Assembly: GCA_048938855.1 (NCBI GenBank)
Contig: JBHLLT010000013.1
Coordinates: 21,150 to 85,149 of the forward strand
Reading direction: 5' to 3'
DNA from: Promethearchaeota archaeon
Lineage (GTDB): Archaea > Asgardarchaeota > Lokiarchaeia > Sigyniarchaeales > SOKP01
Length of the DNA stretch: 64,000 nucleotides
Shown here: positions 1-9,597 of the stretch, in pieces
Layout: every line of letters starts with the position of its first letter
Position numbering within the stretch: the first letter of the stretch is position 1
Program-made: the position numbers and the translations under genes
Notes under the pieces: model-generated
What the model saw: only the letters and a program-made list of their open reading frames with translations
The model's database searches: none
What the model was told of the DNA's origin: nothing

Positions 1-71
1 GATCTTTAAAGAAAAAAATCCTTGAAAGTAATATTTTAATAGAATAACAGTTTTATTACACCTTGAAAGGT

Positions 72-350
72 ATGGACAGCTCAATTGATAAAGATATTGA
101 ATATTTATCCATCTTAATTGTTCAAAGTGGAGATATAATAAGAATTAAAACATCTACAGAAAATTTGAGAAAAGAATTTTATGACATATATAGTTCAATG
201 TTAAGGGATTTAAAGTTAAAACAAAAGTATGCATATCTTAGCAATGAAGAAGGTAAAATGATTGGTGATTTTGATCTTAACAAACCACTAGAAGAAATTT
301 TACAGGAATTTGGCTCAAGATTGAAATTATATTATGAAAAAGTGATTTAA
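72..350 (+). CDS. Small hypothetical protein, possibly beta-grasp (ubiquitin-like) fold without C-terminal GG
   Basis: ORF 63..350, first ATG at 72; pattern beta-beta-alpha-beta-beta-(helix)-beta (YLSILIV, IIRIKT, EFYDIYSSMLRDL, YAYLS, GKMI, LNKPLEEI, RLKLYY). Confidence 0.5.
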   Translation: MDSSIDKDIEYLSILIVQSGDIIRIKTSTENLRKEFYDIYSSMLRDLKLKQKYAYLSNEEGKMIGDFDLNKPLEEILQEFGSRLKLYYEKVI

Positions 351-361
351 TTAGGTTCAGT

Positions 362-2317
362 TTACAATGTATACTCAGAAACAGGGATTATTAGATGACT
401 TGGATATTCTTTAGTGTGATAGATCTTTTGTTCTGCAATAAGATAATCTCCGGGTTTACCCTCTCCCCCTAAATTAGAGTTAATATCGAATCTCGGAAAA
501 TTACTGGAAGTAATTTCTAATCTTATTCTATGTCTCTTCCTAAAATAGTTAGATGTATTCCCAAGCTCGATTTCATATTTGTATATTCTTCCTGGTTCAA
601 TAAGAGAAGGTTTATCATCACCATCTCTATATCTCGCACGAATTCCTGCATCTAAAACATTTAGTGCTTTACCTCGAGGATATACATCAACTAATTTAAC
701 CATAAAATCTGTATCTTTAACTGAAGAAGAAGCATATAGTACCATCTTTACTGGGCCCGTTAATTCCAATCCTTTCTTTAACGGTTTAGTTGTATATATT
801 AAAACATCTTTTCTTTTTTCCGCATTTTTCTGATCTTGAGCTCCTTTTAAAATTAGTAAATTCCTTCCTCCTTTCGTAATAACAGGATTCATTGGATTAA
901 ATATGTATTTATCCTCAGTTTCATGGTCAGACTCTATAAAATTTAAGATTCCATCTCCTTTTTTGCTATTTGCATTCCCACCGGAGTGGATATATAATTT
1001 TCGATAAATTATATTATTTGGTGGCCAATTTTCTGTATATCTCCACATATTTCTTCCTATTACCCAATATTTAATTGAAGGTTTACTTAAATCAGGGAAC
1101 ATATCTTTTTTATCCATTAACCAATATTTATTCCAATTAATATTTAGAAAATCTCTAAAGAAAGCAAGCATTCCACCGTTCATAATTTTACTTTCAGGGT
1201 GTCCCGATGCTGCATGCGCCCATGAACCAATTTTTAATTTTGAACACTCTCTAACCTCTGCCATTGCGTTTTCTTTAATTTCTAGAAAGTCTTTTAATTG
1301 CTTTTCAAGAAACATATCCTGCCATCCAGCTACCATAAATACAGGTTGCGATAATCTAGATACGTCCATCTCTAAAAATCCAGACATCTTGTATGTATCT
1401 TTGTCTAATCCTTGTGTAATTAAAAAATCATTTAAAAATTTGAAATAAACTGCATAACTTCGTTTAGAAGGATCGAAATTCTTAACATTATAATATGCAA
1501 CCAAAAGATCTTGAATTTCATTAATCGATTTACCTTTTAACTGTGATAGGCTAATCCGACTTTTCTTCTTAATTGGATCATTGAATAAGGCATAATTCGG
1601 GTTTAAAAATCTCTCATACATTAGCTCTGTAAGTGTTTGCATTTGGGGTATCTCTCGATGAGAAACGATATTTACCATTATTCTATATATGGACGTTGTA
1701 AGAGCATGAATTTGTAACCCTCCATTGTTTTTCCACAAATTCAAGCTTGATGTTACTACTGGCGTTATACATGTTAAATATTTGTTATCCCAAGATAATG
1801 CTAGTTGAGTTATACCAAAATAGCTTGCACCTACCATACCAATTTTACCATTATACCAATATTGTTTAGTAATCCATTCTAAAGTTTCTAATCCATCCTT
1901 CCTTTCAGTAAACAAATAATAATTAAAACCACTTGAATGACCTGTCCCTCTAATATCTTGTATTACTGTAACAAATCCATTAGCAGCATAACCATACCCT
2001 ATAAAACTGAACATATCTTTCCAATAAGGTAATCTTATTAAAATAGTTGGACATTTTCTCTTTCTCTCGAATATTTTTTTGGGGATATATATATCTGTAG
2101 CTAACTTAACTCCATCCTTTAGTTTAACAAAAGTTTCTGGATATCTTTTAACTCCATTTTTTCCAAATCCTATTCCTAATATCAACCCTATTATCTTAGC
2201 AAAAGGAAGAGATCCATATTTAACTAGTTTTGTGATTATCTTCCATACAAAATTAGGAAATCTTGGTCTTATTGGTACTTTCAAATAAGACAAGCTGGTA
2301 ACGTGGTGTTCTCTCAT
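362..2317 (-). CDS. CocE/NonD family serine hydrolase (peptidase S15-like)
   Basis: DGVKLATDIY, QDIRGTGHSSG, nucleophile GASYFG, GWQD, GSWAH, C-terminal jelly-roll with SSNFPRFDIN. Confidence 0.93.
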   Translation of the reverse strand: MREHHVTSLSYLKVPIRPRFPNFVWKIITKLVKYGSLPFAKIIGLILGIGFGKNGVKRYPETFVKLKDGVKLATDIYIPKKIFERKRKCPTILIRLPYWKDMFSFIGYGYAANGFVTVIQDIRGTGHSSGFNYYLFTERKDGLETLEWITKQYWYNGKIGMVGASYFGITQLALSWDNKYLTCITPVVTSSLNLWKNNGGLQIHALTTSIYRIMVNIVSHREIPQMQTLTELMYERFLNPNYALFNDPIKKKSRISLSQLKGKSINEIQDLLVAYYNVKNFDPSKRSYAVYFKFLNDFLITQGLDKDTYKMSGFLEMDVSRLSQPVFMVAGWQDMFLEKQLKDFLEIKENAMAEVRECSKLKIGSWAHAASGHPESKIMNGGMLAFFRDFLNINWNKYWLMDKKDMFPDLSKPSIKYWVIGRNMWRYTENWPPNNIIYRKLYIHSGGNANSKKGDGILNFIESDHETEDKYIFNPMNPVITKGGRNLLILKGAQDQKNAEKRKDVLIYTTKPLKKGLELTGPVKMVLYASSSVKDTDFMVKLVDVYPRGKALNVLDAGIRARYRDGDDKPSLIEPGRIYKYEIELGNTSNYFRKRHRIRLEITSSNFPRFDINSNLGGEGKPGDYLIAEQKIYHTKEYPSHLIIPVSEYTL

Positions 2318-2367
2318 TATTTTTAAAAAATTTTACTACCATATAAAGTTATTAAAACTAAAAATAG

Positions 2368-2470
2368 CAGGCCCGGGGGGATTTGAACCCCCGATCTTCG
2401 CCTTAGGAGGGCGCTGCAAAATATTGCTTGCAATATGCTAACAATCTTATCCAGTCTGGGCCACGGGCCT
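2368..2470 (-). tRNA. tRNA-Arg(CCT) with a 28-nt intron in the D-arm (position 23/24)
   Basis: Spliced sequence AGGCCCGTGGCCCAGACTGGATAAG^GCAGCGCCCTCCTAAGGCGAAGATCGGGGGTTCAAATCCCCCCGGGCCTG; acceptor AGGCCCG/CGGGCCT, T-arm GGGGG-TTCAAAT-CCCCC, anticodon loop CT-CCT-AA; no encoded CCA. Confidence 0.95.
2418..2445 (-). other. BHB intron in tRNA-Arg (non-canonical position 23/24)
   Basis: Exon helix CTG/CAG, central helix GATA/TATT, bulges AG^A and TT^G, intron helix TTGTT/AGCAA. Confidence 0.92.
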
Positions 2471-2696
2471 ACTTTCAAATTATTGCTATATAATCATATA
2501 AAAGCACTATATAATAAAAAGTTAAATGAATGAGTAATTTATACTTGCTCCTATAGATAATTTTATCATTGGGTTTTATGTGGGTATGTATGTATAAAAC
2601 TATAAAAAGTATAGAAAGGTTTTAATTAGCTGACTATTTAAATCTAATTATAAATAGTTTTTTATGAATAATTTTTTTTTAACGAGTTTTTGAAAT

Positions 2697-2960
2697 ATGG
2701 AAAGAAGAACTTCAAATCGTCCGATAGATTATTTAAAGTCATCAATTAATGAAATAATTCTTATTAAAGTGAAGCGTAACCGCCTTTTCAGAGGTCGTCT
2801 TGGCGGGTTTGACGAACACTTGAACCTATATCTTGAGGAAACGAGCCAAATTTTTGAATATCAAGATGATGAAGGTAACATTCGGGAAGAACATGAAAAC
2901 CTCGGTTCAATAGTAGTACGTGGGGACAACGTGATATTTGTGAACCTAGCCCATCTATAG
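2697..2960 (+). CDS. Sm/LSm family RNA-binding protein (SmAP)
   Basis: RPIDYL, Sm1 GRLGGFDEHLNLYLEE, Sm2 LGSIVVRGDNVIFV. Confidence 0.95.
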   Translation: MERRTSNRPIDYLKSSINEIILIKVKRNRLFRGRLGGFDEHLNLYLEETSQIFEYQDDEGNIREEHENLGSIVVRGDNVIFVNLAHL

Positions 2961-3122
2961 AGGATCTTAAGCAGAATTTTTTACTTTTTAAATCATCTCT
3001 AAGTTCAGAAGGATATATTTACTTGCAATTATCTTTTTAAATTACGAATATTTTGTAAGTAATAATTAATTTGTTTGAAATATATAAAATAATTAGTTTT
3101 AACATTTGAGTATTTTATAAAA

Positions 3123-5177
3123 TTGAATTCACAAAAAGAAGAAACTAAGGACAGATTAAATCTAATTCATCCAAATTTGGGTCAACCGTCTATTTTAAAA
3201 ATAGACCGTAAATTAAAAAAGAGAAAACTTCAAACGGATTTATATTTTATTAGTTCTGAATCGGATCCCCAAGTTTTAAGAGAATACCTTTCAAATCAAA
3301 TATCTATTGTGCCTTTATTTGACTACAAATGGTCATATAGATTAATTTTTAAAAGAAAAAAACGGGGGGTATTCTCAAAATTAAAGGAAAGATTATTTTT
3401 TAGAAAGAAGAAGAAAGTCCTCGAAGAAGAATTGAAGTCATCATTAGAAGGAGATCTTAATTTAGAACAATTGAAGAAATTAAAGGCTCGCTTACATAGA
3501 GGAGATCCAATTTACACCAAAATTATAGAGCTTGAAAATTATTCTGTATCTGGAATTCAAGATGCATTAAATGTTGAACAATTCTCACCTCAAGAAATTC
3601 TAAAAAAAAATCAAGTATATGGCATATTAGATAAATACTGGAAAGTTATTATTAAATTTACTCTTAATAAGGAAGTACTTAAGTTTCTAAAGAGACGAAA
3701 TTTTGTAATGTTTGATATAAACTACCTGGATAATCGAATAAATTATCATTCATTAGTAGTTTCAAAACAAAAATGGAGAGATTTTACATTTATTCACGCT
3801 ACTGATTTACACCTAGCAGAAAGAAATGATAGGCTTTATGAGCTTATTAAAAAATGGACAGAATCTTCAATAGTAGAAAATGTTGAAGGTTTTTTTGAAA
3901 CAGTAAAGAAAAAATTGAAACTTACGAAGGAAAAACCAAATCAAGAAAAAATATTATCTGAGATTAAAATACCGTTGAGAAAGCGCTTAATTAATTCAAA
4001 TAATCAATTTCGTATATTTATTAAATTAATGAATCGTAAAGTACTAAGGAATGAACTTGATTTCATTGTAATTACAGGAGATCTTGTAGATTATACTATA
4101 CTGAGTAAATTAGTTGCAAAAATTGATAAATTGAATGAATTCAATTATGAGGATAGTAATTGGATGATTTTTAAGAACATTGTTCTTAATACTCCTTTAA
4201 AAGAAAAGTATAAAGGAGTTTTGAGAGGTGAAGAATTAAATTGTCCAATTTTTACCACAATAGGAAACCATGATTTTCGACCATTCCCATATGATATCAC
4301 ATGGGGTGAAATGTACAGAAAGATTGGTTTGAATGCCTCTGAGGCAATTGCTCTAAATCAGTTATTTTCTGCTTCCCCTATTAGTGCTATAACAAAAAGT
4401 TCATTAGCCCTGAAAGGGTATATTTCTGAAATTAATTCGTCAACAGATTTTTCTATTAAACTGGGTAATAATTTGTTCATTATTTTAAATACCGGGTCAG
4501 ATTCTTTTAAAAATCTTAAGGATTTCATAACTGGACATCCTTCTGTTACGGGAGTTTCTGTTAAACAAATAAAATATTTAGAAAACCTCATTAACAATCA
4601 AATTGATGGAATTACTAATACTTATTTATTTTTACACGGTCCTCCATTGAATGCAGAGGGCAAAAAATATAGTATAAATTTATTCGAAAAAAAGGGAAGT
4701 CGATTCATAAAGAAGAAGATAAGTGAATTTCGGGAATCATTGATGATAAAAAAAGGAGAACCCTTATCCAATGCACGCATCGATGGAATATTTAATGTTA
4801 AATATGGGTGTGTTTCATCTAATTGGGAAAAACTTGTCGAATTTTGCAAGAATTACACGATTTTAACTTTATCCGGTCATACCCATGAAAACCGTGAATT
4901 TAGATTAGATGATCCAGGGCTTAAAAGATCAAGTGTTTATGATGCACCCCCATTTAAACTAAAAAAAATAGAAAATCCCGCAGCAATTTATTATGATAAA
5001 TATTCTGAGATGTATGATAATCCAGAAAGGATAAGTCAGAATGGTCCATTTGTAGTACAAACCCCTGCTTTAGGACTTGGAAGCTATAGGAACCCAAATA
5101 CAGCAGGAGGTTACAGGGAACTAGTTGTTAAAGATGGTAAACTATCTTCATTTAAAGTTAACTATATTGACCGTTAA
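3123..5177 (+). CDS. Calcineurin-like metallophosphoesterase with long N-terminal extension
   Basis: ATDLH, TGDLVD, GNHD, LHGPP, SGHTH motifs in order. Confidence 0.88.
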   Translation: MNSQKEETKDRLNLIHPNLGQPSILKIDRKLKKRKLQTDLYFISSESDPQVLREYLSNQISIVPLFDYKWSYRLIFKRKKRGVFSKLKERLFFRKKKKVLEEELKSSLEGDLNLEQLKKLKARLHRGDPIYTKIIELENYSVSGIQDALNVEQFSPQEILKKNQVYGILDKYWKVIIKFTLNKEVLKFLKRRNFVMFDINYLDNRINYHSLVVSKQKWRDFTFIHATDLHLAERNDRLYELIKKWTESSIVENVEGFFETVKKKLKLTKEKPNQEKILSEIKIPLRKRLINSNNQFRIFIKLMNRKVLRNELDFIVITGDLVDYTILSKLVAKIDKLNEFNYEDSNWMIFKNIVLNTPLKEKYKGVLRGEELNCPIFTTIGNHDFRPFPYDITWGEMYRKIGLNASEAIALNQLFSASPISAITKSSLALKGYISEINSSTDFSIKLGNNLFIILNTGSDSFKNLKDFITGHPSVTGVSVKQIKYLENLINNQIDGITNTYLFLHGPPLNAEGKKYSINLFEKKGSRFIKKKISEFRESLMIKKGEPLSNARIDGIFNVKYGCVSSNWEKLVEFCKNYTILTLSGHTHENREFRLDDPGLKRSSVYDAPPFKLKKIENPAAIYYDKYSEMYDNPERISQNGPFVVQTPALGLGSYRNPNTAGGYRELVVKDGKLSSFKVNYIDR

Positions 5178-5469
5178 TAGAATAAATCACTTATATTTTG
5201 GCTTATTCTAATACTTTTGAATAAAATTTTCGAATTGCACTTTGTACTTTAGATATAAAAATATCCATTTTATAGTATTTAGATCTTTGATTGATCAATA
5301 AAATCTAGGTTTTGAATATAAAACAATATTGAATAAAACAAGATATATTTAAATTTCATTAAAAACAAGGATTCTTTTACTTTGTATCAAACAAAACTCC
5401 ACACATAATTTATTAAACTGGAAAGGATTATATATCAGAAATTAGATAATCTTTAAGTAAACTTAGAGT

Positions 5470-6888
5470 GTGTTTTTCTTGTTTATCAAAAATGCTTCTG
5501 AAATCCTTAAAAAAAACATACCAGAGATTCATAAAAATTTCAGAAGAATAGGCCTCCAAGCAATTTCAAGAGCGATATCTGCAGTAACACCAAAAAATTT
5601 AATCGATAAATCGGTAAGACTCCTTGGAAATAATTTATATATATTTAATGATGAATATGATTTGCAAAAATACCAGAAGATTCACATCATCGGAGGAGGT
5701 AAAGCAGCTGCTGAAATGGCATTTACTTTTGAAAGGATTTTACAAAAAGCGAACTTTATTAAATATAATGGTATTATAAATGTACCGTTGGGTATTGAAA
5801 AGCAAAAAAGTAAAATTAAAATTAATTTTGCATCTCATCCAATTCCAAATGAAAATGGAATTAAGGGCACTTCCGCTATGATGAAAATTATAGAGGAATC
5901 AAATGCCAATGATCTTTTTATATGTTTAATTTCAGGGGGAGGATCTGCTTTACTACCATTACCGAAAATAGGGCTTTCCCTAAATGATTTGCAAGGAACA
6001 AATTCTTTACTTTTATCATCAGGAGCATCCATTCATGAGATCAACACTATAAGAAAGCATTTATCAGATTTTAAAGGAGGAAATCTAGTTAAAAAATTAT
6101 ATGATACAAGCGGTGCTCCTCTGATTTCTTTAATAATATCTGATGTTGTAGGAGATAATTTAGATTCAATAGCTTCTGGCCCTACTGTACCGGATGGAAC
6201 TTCCTTTAAAGATGCTATGGAAATTATTAAAAATTACAATCTCTTGGAAAAAGTCCCAAAATCAGTAAAACAACATTTAATAGAAGGACTTTCTGATCCC
6301 TCATTAGAAAACCCTAAGCCTAATAACTCATGTTTTACAAATGTTCGTAATTACCTAATTGGAAGTGTAAGATATGCCGTTGAAGAAATCGAATCTTTCT
6401 TAAGATATGAAGGATTTGAAGTTAATTATTTTTCTAATACTATAATTGGCGAAGCAAGGAAATTTGGAGTATCCCTATATGAAATTATTTCTAATGAAAT
6501 TAAAAAAAAAATTGACTCTGGGATCTATGAAAAAATCGCTTTAATTGGAACTGGTGAATTAACTGTTACAATCAGAGGAAATGGAATTGGGGGAAGAAAC
6601 CAAGAAATGCTATTAAGTTTTTTAAATTATATCAAAGAAAAAAAATTATACTATAACCTTTTAATTATTGGTGTAAATCTCGATGGGATTGAAGGGAATA
6701 GTAAAGCAATGGGGGCTTTAATTGATAATTATGTATTTGAACAAATGATTTTGAAGAAAATCAATCCAGAAGAATACCTTCAAGATAATGATTCAAATAG
6801 TTTTTTTAAGAAGCTAAAATCGGAAATAATAAGTGGGCCAACGGGCTGTAATGTGAATGATTTACTCTTAATTCTGATCTCAAGATAA
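5470..6888 (+). CDS. Glycerate 2-kinase (MOFRL/TtuD family)
   Basis: GGGKAA, ASHPIP, LISGGGSAL, SDVVGD, ASGPT, GGRNQE, GPTGCNVND. Confidence 0.93.
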   Translation: MFFLFIKNASEILKKNIPEIHKNFRRIGLQAISRAISAVTPKNLIDKSVRLLGNNLYIFNDEYDLQKYQKIHIIGGGKAAAEMAFTFERILQKANFIKYNGIINVPLGIEKQKSKIKINFASHPIPNENGIKGTSAMMKIIEESNANDLFICLISGGGSALLPLPKIGLSLNDLQGTNSLLLSSGASIHEINTIRKHLSDFKGGNLVKKLYDTSGAPLISLIISDVVGDNLDSIASGPTVPDGTSFKDAMEIIKNYNLLEKVPKSVKQHLIEGLSDPSLENPKPNNSCFTNVRNYLIGSVRYAVEEIESFLRYEGFEVNYFSNTIIGEARKFGVSLYEIISNEIKKKIDSGIYEKIALIGTGELTVTIRGNGIGGRNQEMLLSFLNYIKEKKLYYNLLIIGVNLDGIEGNSKAMGALIDNYVFEQMILKKINPEEYLQDNDSNSFFKKLKSEIISGPTGCNVNDLLLILISR

Positions 6889-6924
6889 ATTTAAATATAT
6901 AATTATATACTAAAATTATCGAAG

Positions 6925-7074
6925 ATGATTAATGTTATAGTCTGCCCCTTATGTGGTTTTAGTTTTAGATATCCAAATGCTAAAACCAACAAGAAAAAAA
7001 TTAAATGTCCTATGTGTGGATTTGAGTTTGAACATCCTCACATTTCTAATTTTACTCCACGGGAATTTAACTAG
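6925..7074 (+). CDS. 49-aa CPxCG zinc-finger microprotein (below ORF-track cutoff)
   Basis: MINVIVCPLCGFSFRYPNAKTNKKKIKCPMCGFEFEHPHISNFTPREFN*; two CPxCG knuckles. Confidence 0.8.
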   Translation: MINVIVCPLCGFSFRYPNAKTNKKKIKCPMCGFEFEHPHISNFTPREFN

Positions 7075-7272
7075 TGAATTATGCTATCAATAGTAGAATT
7101 GGAGTGAAGAAATTAGATTCATATATAATTCAATAAAACCCCTCCATGTAACCCTATTTCCTATATTGATAAATTTTTTAAAGATTGTCGTTGAAAATAG
7201 ATCACCGATTAATTTTTATTAATTGATAAATAATTTGCAATTTAATACAAAACAAAATCATGGTGTAATATA

Positions 7273-9465
7273 ATGGCTAAAGATAAGAAAAAGAAACCAA
7301 CAGCGCGAACACCACGAATGGGCTTTGATAAATCAGAAGCGGAAGAAGAACTCGTAGCTGAAGCTTTGAAACGAAAGGATATGGATACAGGAAGGGTGGA
7401 ATTAATAGACAGAGATACTTCCACGCCCATTATCGAAACATATGATAAAGATACTGGAAAACTTGAGGGTAGCATAGTTTTGAAGGATGGTAATAGAGAA
7501 GGATTACTTGCTTTAGTAAAGATAATCGAAACAGTAGAAGTAGAACAGGATCATGATGCTAACATCAATTCATTTAAACATAGTGGAAAATTCAATATTG
7601 AAAATCCTAGTACTGCTGATAGATTATGGGATATTGATGTTTCTCTTGAAAATATTGGAAGTACCGATTTGAAATCAAAAGATATTTCAATAAGAGAATT
7701 AGGAACCGGTTCTCCAGAAAACATTAACTCAAGAGATTTTAAAATAACGAAAGATATAAAAAATTTGTTAATTGTCAAGGAATTTATAAGTACACTTCCA
7801 AATGCTGATGATGTTCTAAACATCAATGATATTGAAAAAGAACTCTTAAAATTGAAAGATAAAACGGGAGAAGTCTCATCAAAACCACCATCAAGACCAT
7901 CATCAAAACCACCATCAAAACCAAATACAAAAGAGGAAGAAGAAGAAGAGGAGGAAGAAGAAGAAGAGGAGGAAGAAGAGGAAGAAGGTGAAACTTGGGG
8001 TGATGGAGGAACCCTTGTAGAAACAGGTTTAGAGTCTTTCGGAATTTCCATTGATCGAGATAATGTAGTTACTTTTGCTATAGCATTAAGAAGCATGTTT
8101 GATAAACCAGTCTCAAACATTAAAGTTGTTAAAAATATTCCTAATGATTATACAAATCCAATAATCAAAGATACTACCGAAGGAAGGGCTGAAATTGAGG
8201 GTGATAAAATAATCTGGACAATTGATAAATTAGCTCCAGAATATACCATAATGTGTAAATTCACATGCAATATTATGGTAACAGATATTACTAAAAGAAA
8301 AACAGGAACAATAGAAGTTACCTATCAAGCGACATCCTCCTATGCTGAAGGCCTAGCGATAGAAAAATTTGATGCTTACACAAGAAATAAGTTTTATGTA
8401 GATACCGTCGAAAGAGACGAGGAACCAGGTATTTTTGATTGTAAACTTGTTTTTGACAATTCATCCGAGTTTATTATACAACTCTTCAATGCAGATGTCT
8501 ATTCCCCGGAAGATGAGTCAAAAAAATTTGTAGATATCGATCCTAATGATGTTCCAATGTTACCTAGTGGTGCACAATGGCATTCGATAAAATGGCAATA
8601 TGAGAGTGATGAATATCCAACATTTAGAAAGAAGTTGGAGTTCAGAGTAATGCCAGATTTTCAAACAATTGTTAATGGAACCATGTCTCTCTCAGATGTT
8701 ATACTCGAGATTGGAAGTATTACAGGTGTAATGTCATATAATTTAACTGAAGTACCAACCTATCGAGCAAAAGATGTTATTGCCACTCTTAAAATGGTTA
8801 ATAATGGTTCAGCACCACTTGATGAGGTTACAGTAATTCAACAATATTTTACTGATGAATATGCACCGCCAAAAGCAGATGAGATTAAATTATTATGGGA
8901 TGGAGAAGAAGTTGAGGTTTCTGCTGGAGCTGTAAGTTTCGAAGATAAGGCTTTCAAAATTGATCTAAAAGATCTGAAGAACAGTAGTACTGGAATGTTT
9001 AAACCTGATTCTACTTTAACATTTGAATATCCTATTCATTGTGTAAATCCTGCACGTGAATCCACTTTTGAGTCTGAAATAATCTATTTAGCAAATACTT
9101 ATCCAGTAAGTCAAGAATTAGAATTTAAGCCAGAAGTTCCTGTAATCGAGGCAATGCATATCAGACGTAAATTCAGAATTGGAAAGGAAGTTCTTCCAAT
9201 TGGAGAACTAGGAAATTATAGAATCATTTTAACTCTTGAAAACATTGGGGAATCTAAATTGCACAATTTAATCTTATTAGACAAAGTCCCAGATCTTTTT
9301 GAATATGGTTCTTATTCTATGACTCCTGAGATAACAGATGAGGTTGGCGAGGATACATTGAAATGGGATATTGAGCTTTTAGACGTGGGAGAAAAGTTAG
9401 AAATCACTTATGAGATAACGGGAAAAGGAAAATTTTCTCCTTCAGATGCCCAGTTAGCGCTTTAA
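7273..9465 (+). CDS. Acidic all-beta cytoplasmic protein; putative mu-adaptin/delta-COP mu-homology domain followed by Ig-like domains
   Basis: No signal peptide; segments VKIIETVEVEQDHDANINSFKHSGKFNI and SNIKVVKNIP..NPII..TEGRAEIEGDKIIWTIDKL..IEVTYQATSSYAEGLAIEKF resemble MHD strands by eye; poly-E/SKPP loop insertion. Confidence 0.55.
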   Translation: MAKDKKKKPTARTPRMGFDKSEAEEELVAEALKRKDMDTGRVELIDRDTSTPIIETYDKDTGKLEGSIVLKDGNREGLLALVKIIETVEVEQDHDANINSFKHSGKFNIENPSTADRLWDIDVSLENIGSTDLKSKDISIRELGTGSPENINSRDFKITKDIKNLLIVKEFISTLPNADDVLNINDIEKELLKLKDKTGEVSSKPPSRPSSKPPSKPNTKEEEEEEEEEEEEEEEEEEGETWGDGGTLVETGLESFGISIDRDNVVTFAIALRSMFDKPVSNIKVVKNIPNDYTNPIIKDTTEGRAEIEGDKIIWTIDKLAPEYTIMCKFTCNIMVTDITKRKTGTIEVTYQATSSYAEGLAIEKFDAYTRNKFYVDTVERDEEPGIFDCKLVFDNSSEFIIQLFNADVYSPEDESKKFVDIDPNDVPMLPSGAQWHSIKWQYESDEYPTFRKKLEFRVMPDFQTIVNGTMSLSDVILEIGSITGVMSYNLTEVPTYRAKDVIATLKMVNNGSAPLDEVTVIQQYFTDEYAPPKADEIKLLWDGEEVEVSAGAVSFEDKAFKIDLKDLKNSSTGMFKPDSTLTFEYPIHCVNPARESTFESEIIYLANTYPVSQELEFKPEVPVIEAMHIRRKFRIGKEVLPIGELGNYRIILTLENIGESKLHNLILLDKVPDLFEYGSYSMTPEITDEVGEDTLKWDIELLDVGEKLEITYEITGKGKFSPSDAQLAL
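7876..7986 (+). repeat. Coding low-complexity repeat: 12-nt units (SKPP/SRPS) followed by a GAA/GAG poly-Glu run
   Basis: tcatcaaaaccaccatcaagaccatcatcaaaaccaccatcaaaacca then (gaa/gag)n. Confidence 0.85.
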
Positions 9466-9597
9466 TTTTAATAAAGTATTTTATTTTTTTTATTTTTTAT
9501 ATTTAAAATAATAGTTTAATAACGTTAGGAGTAATTATTAAATGAAGAAATAACGAAGTTTAATTTAATTACTACTTTTAATAAGTCTTGAGAAATA

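Noticed and set aside
7551-8120. 189-aa antisense poly-Ser ORF
   Set aside because: Mirror of the poly-Glu tract of the plus-strand gene.
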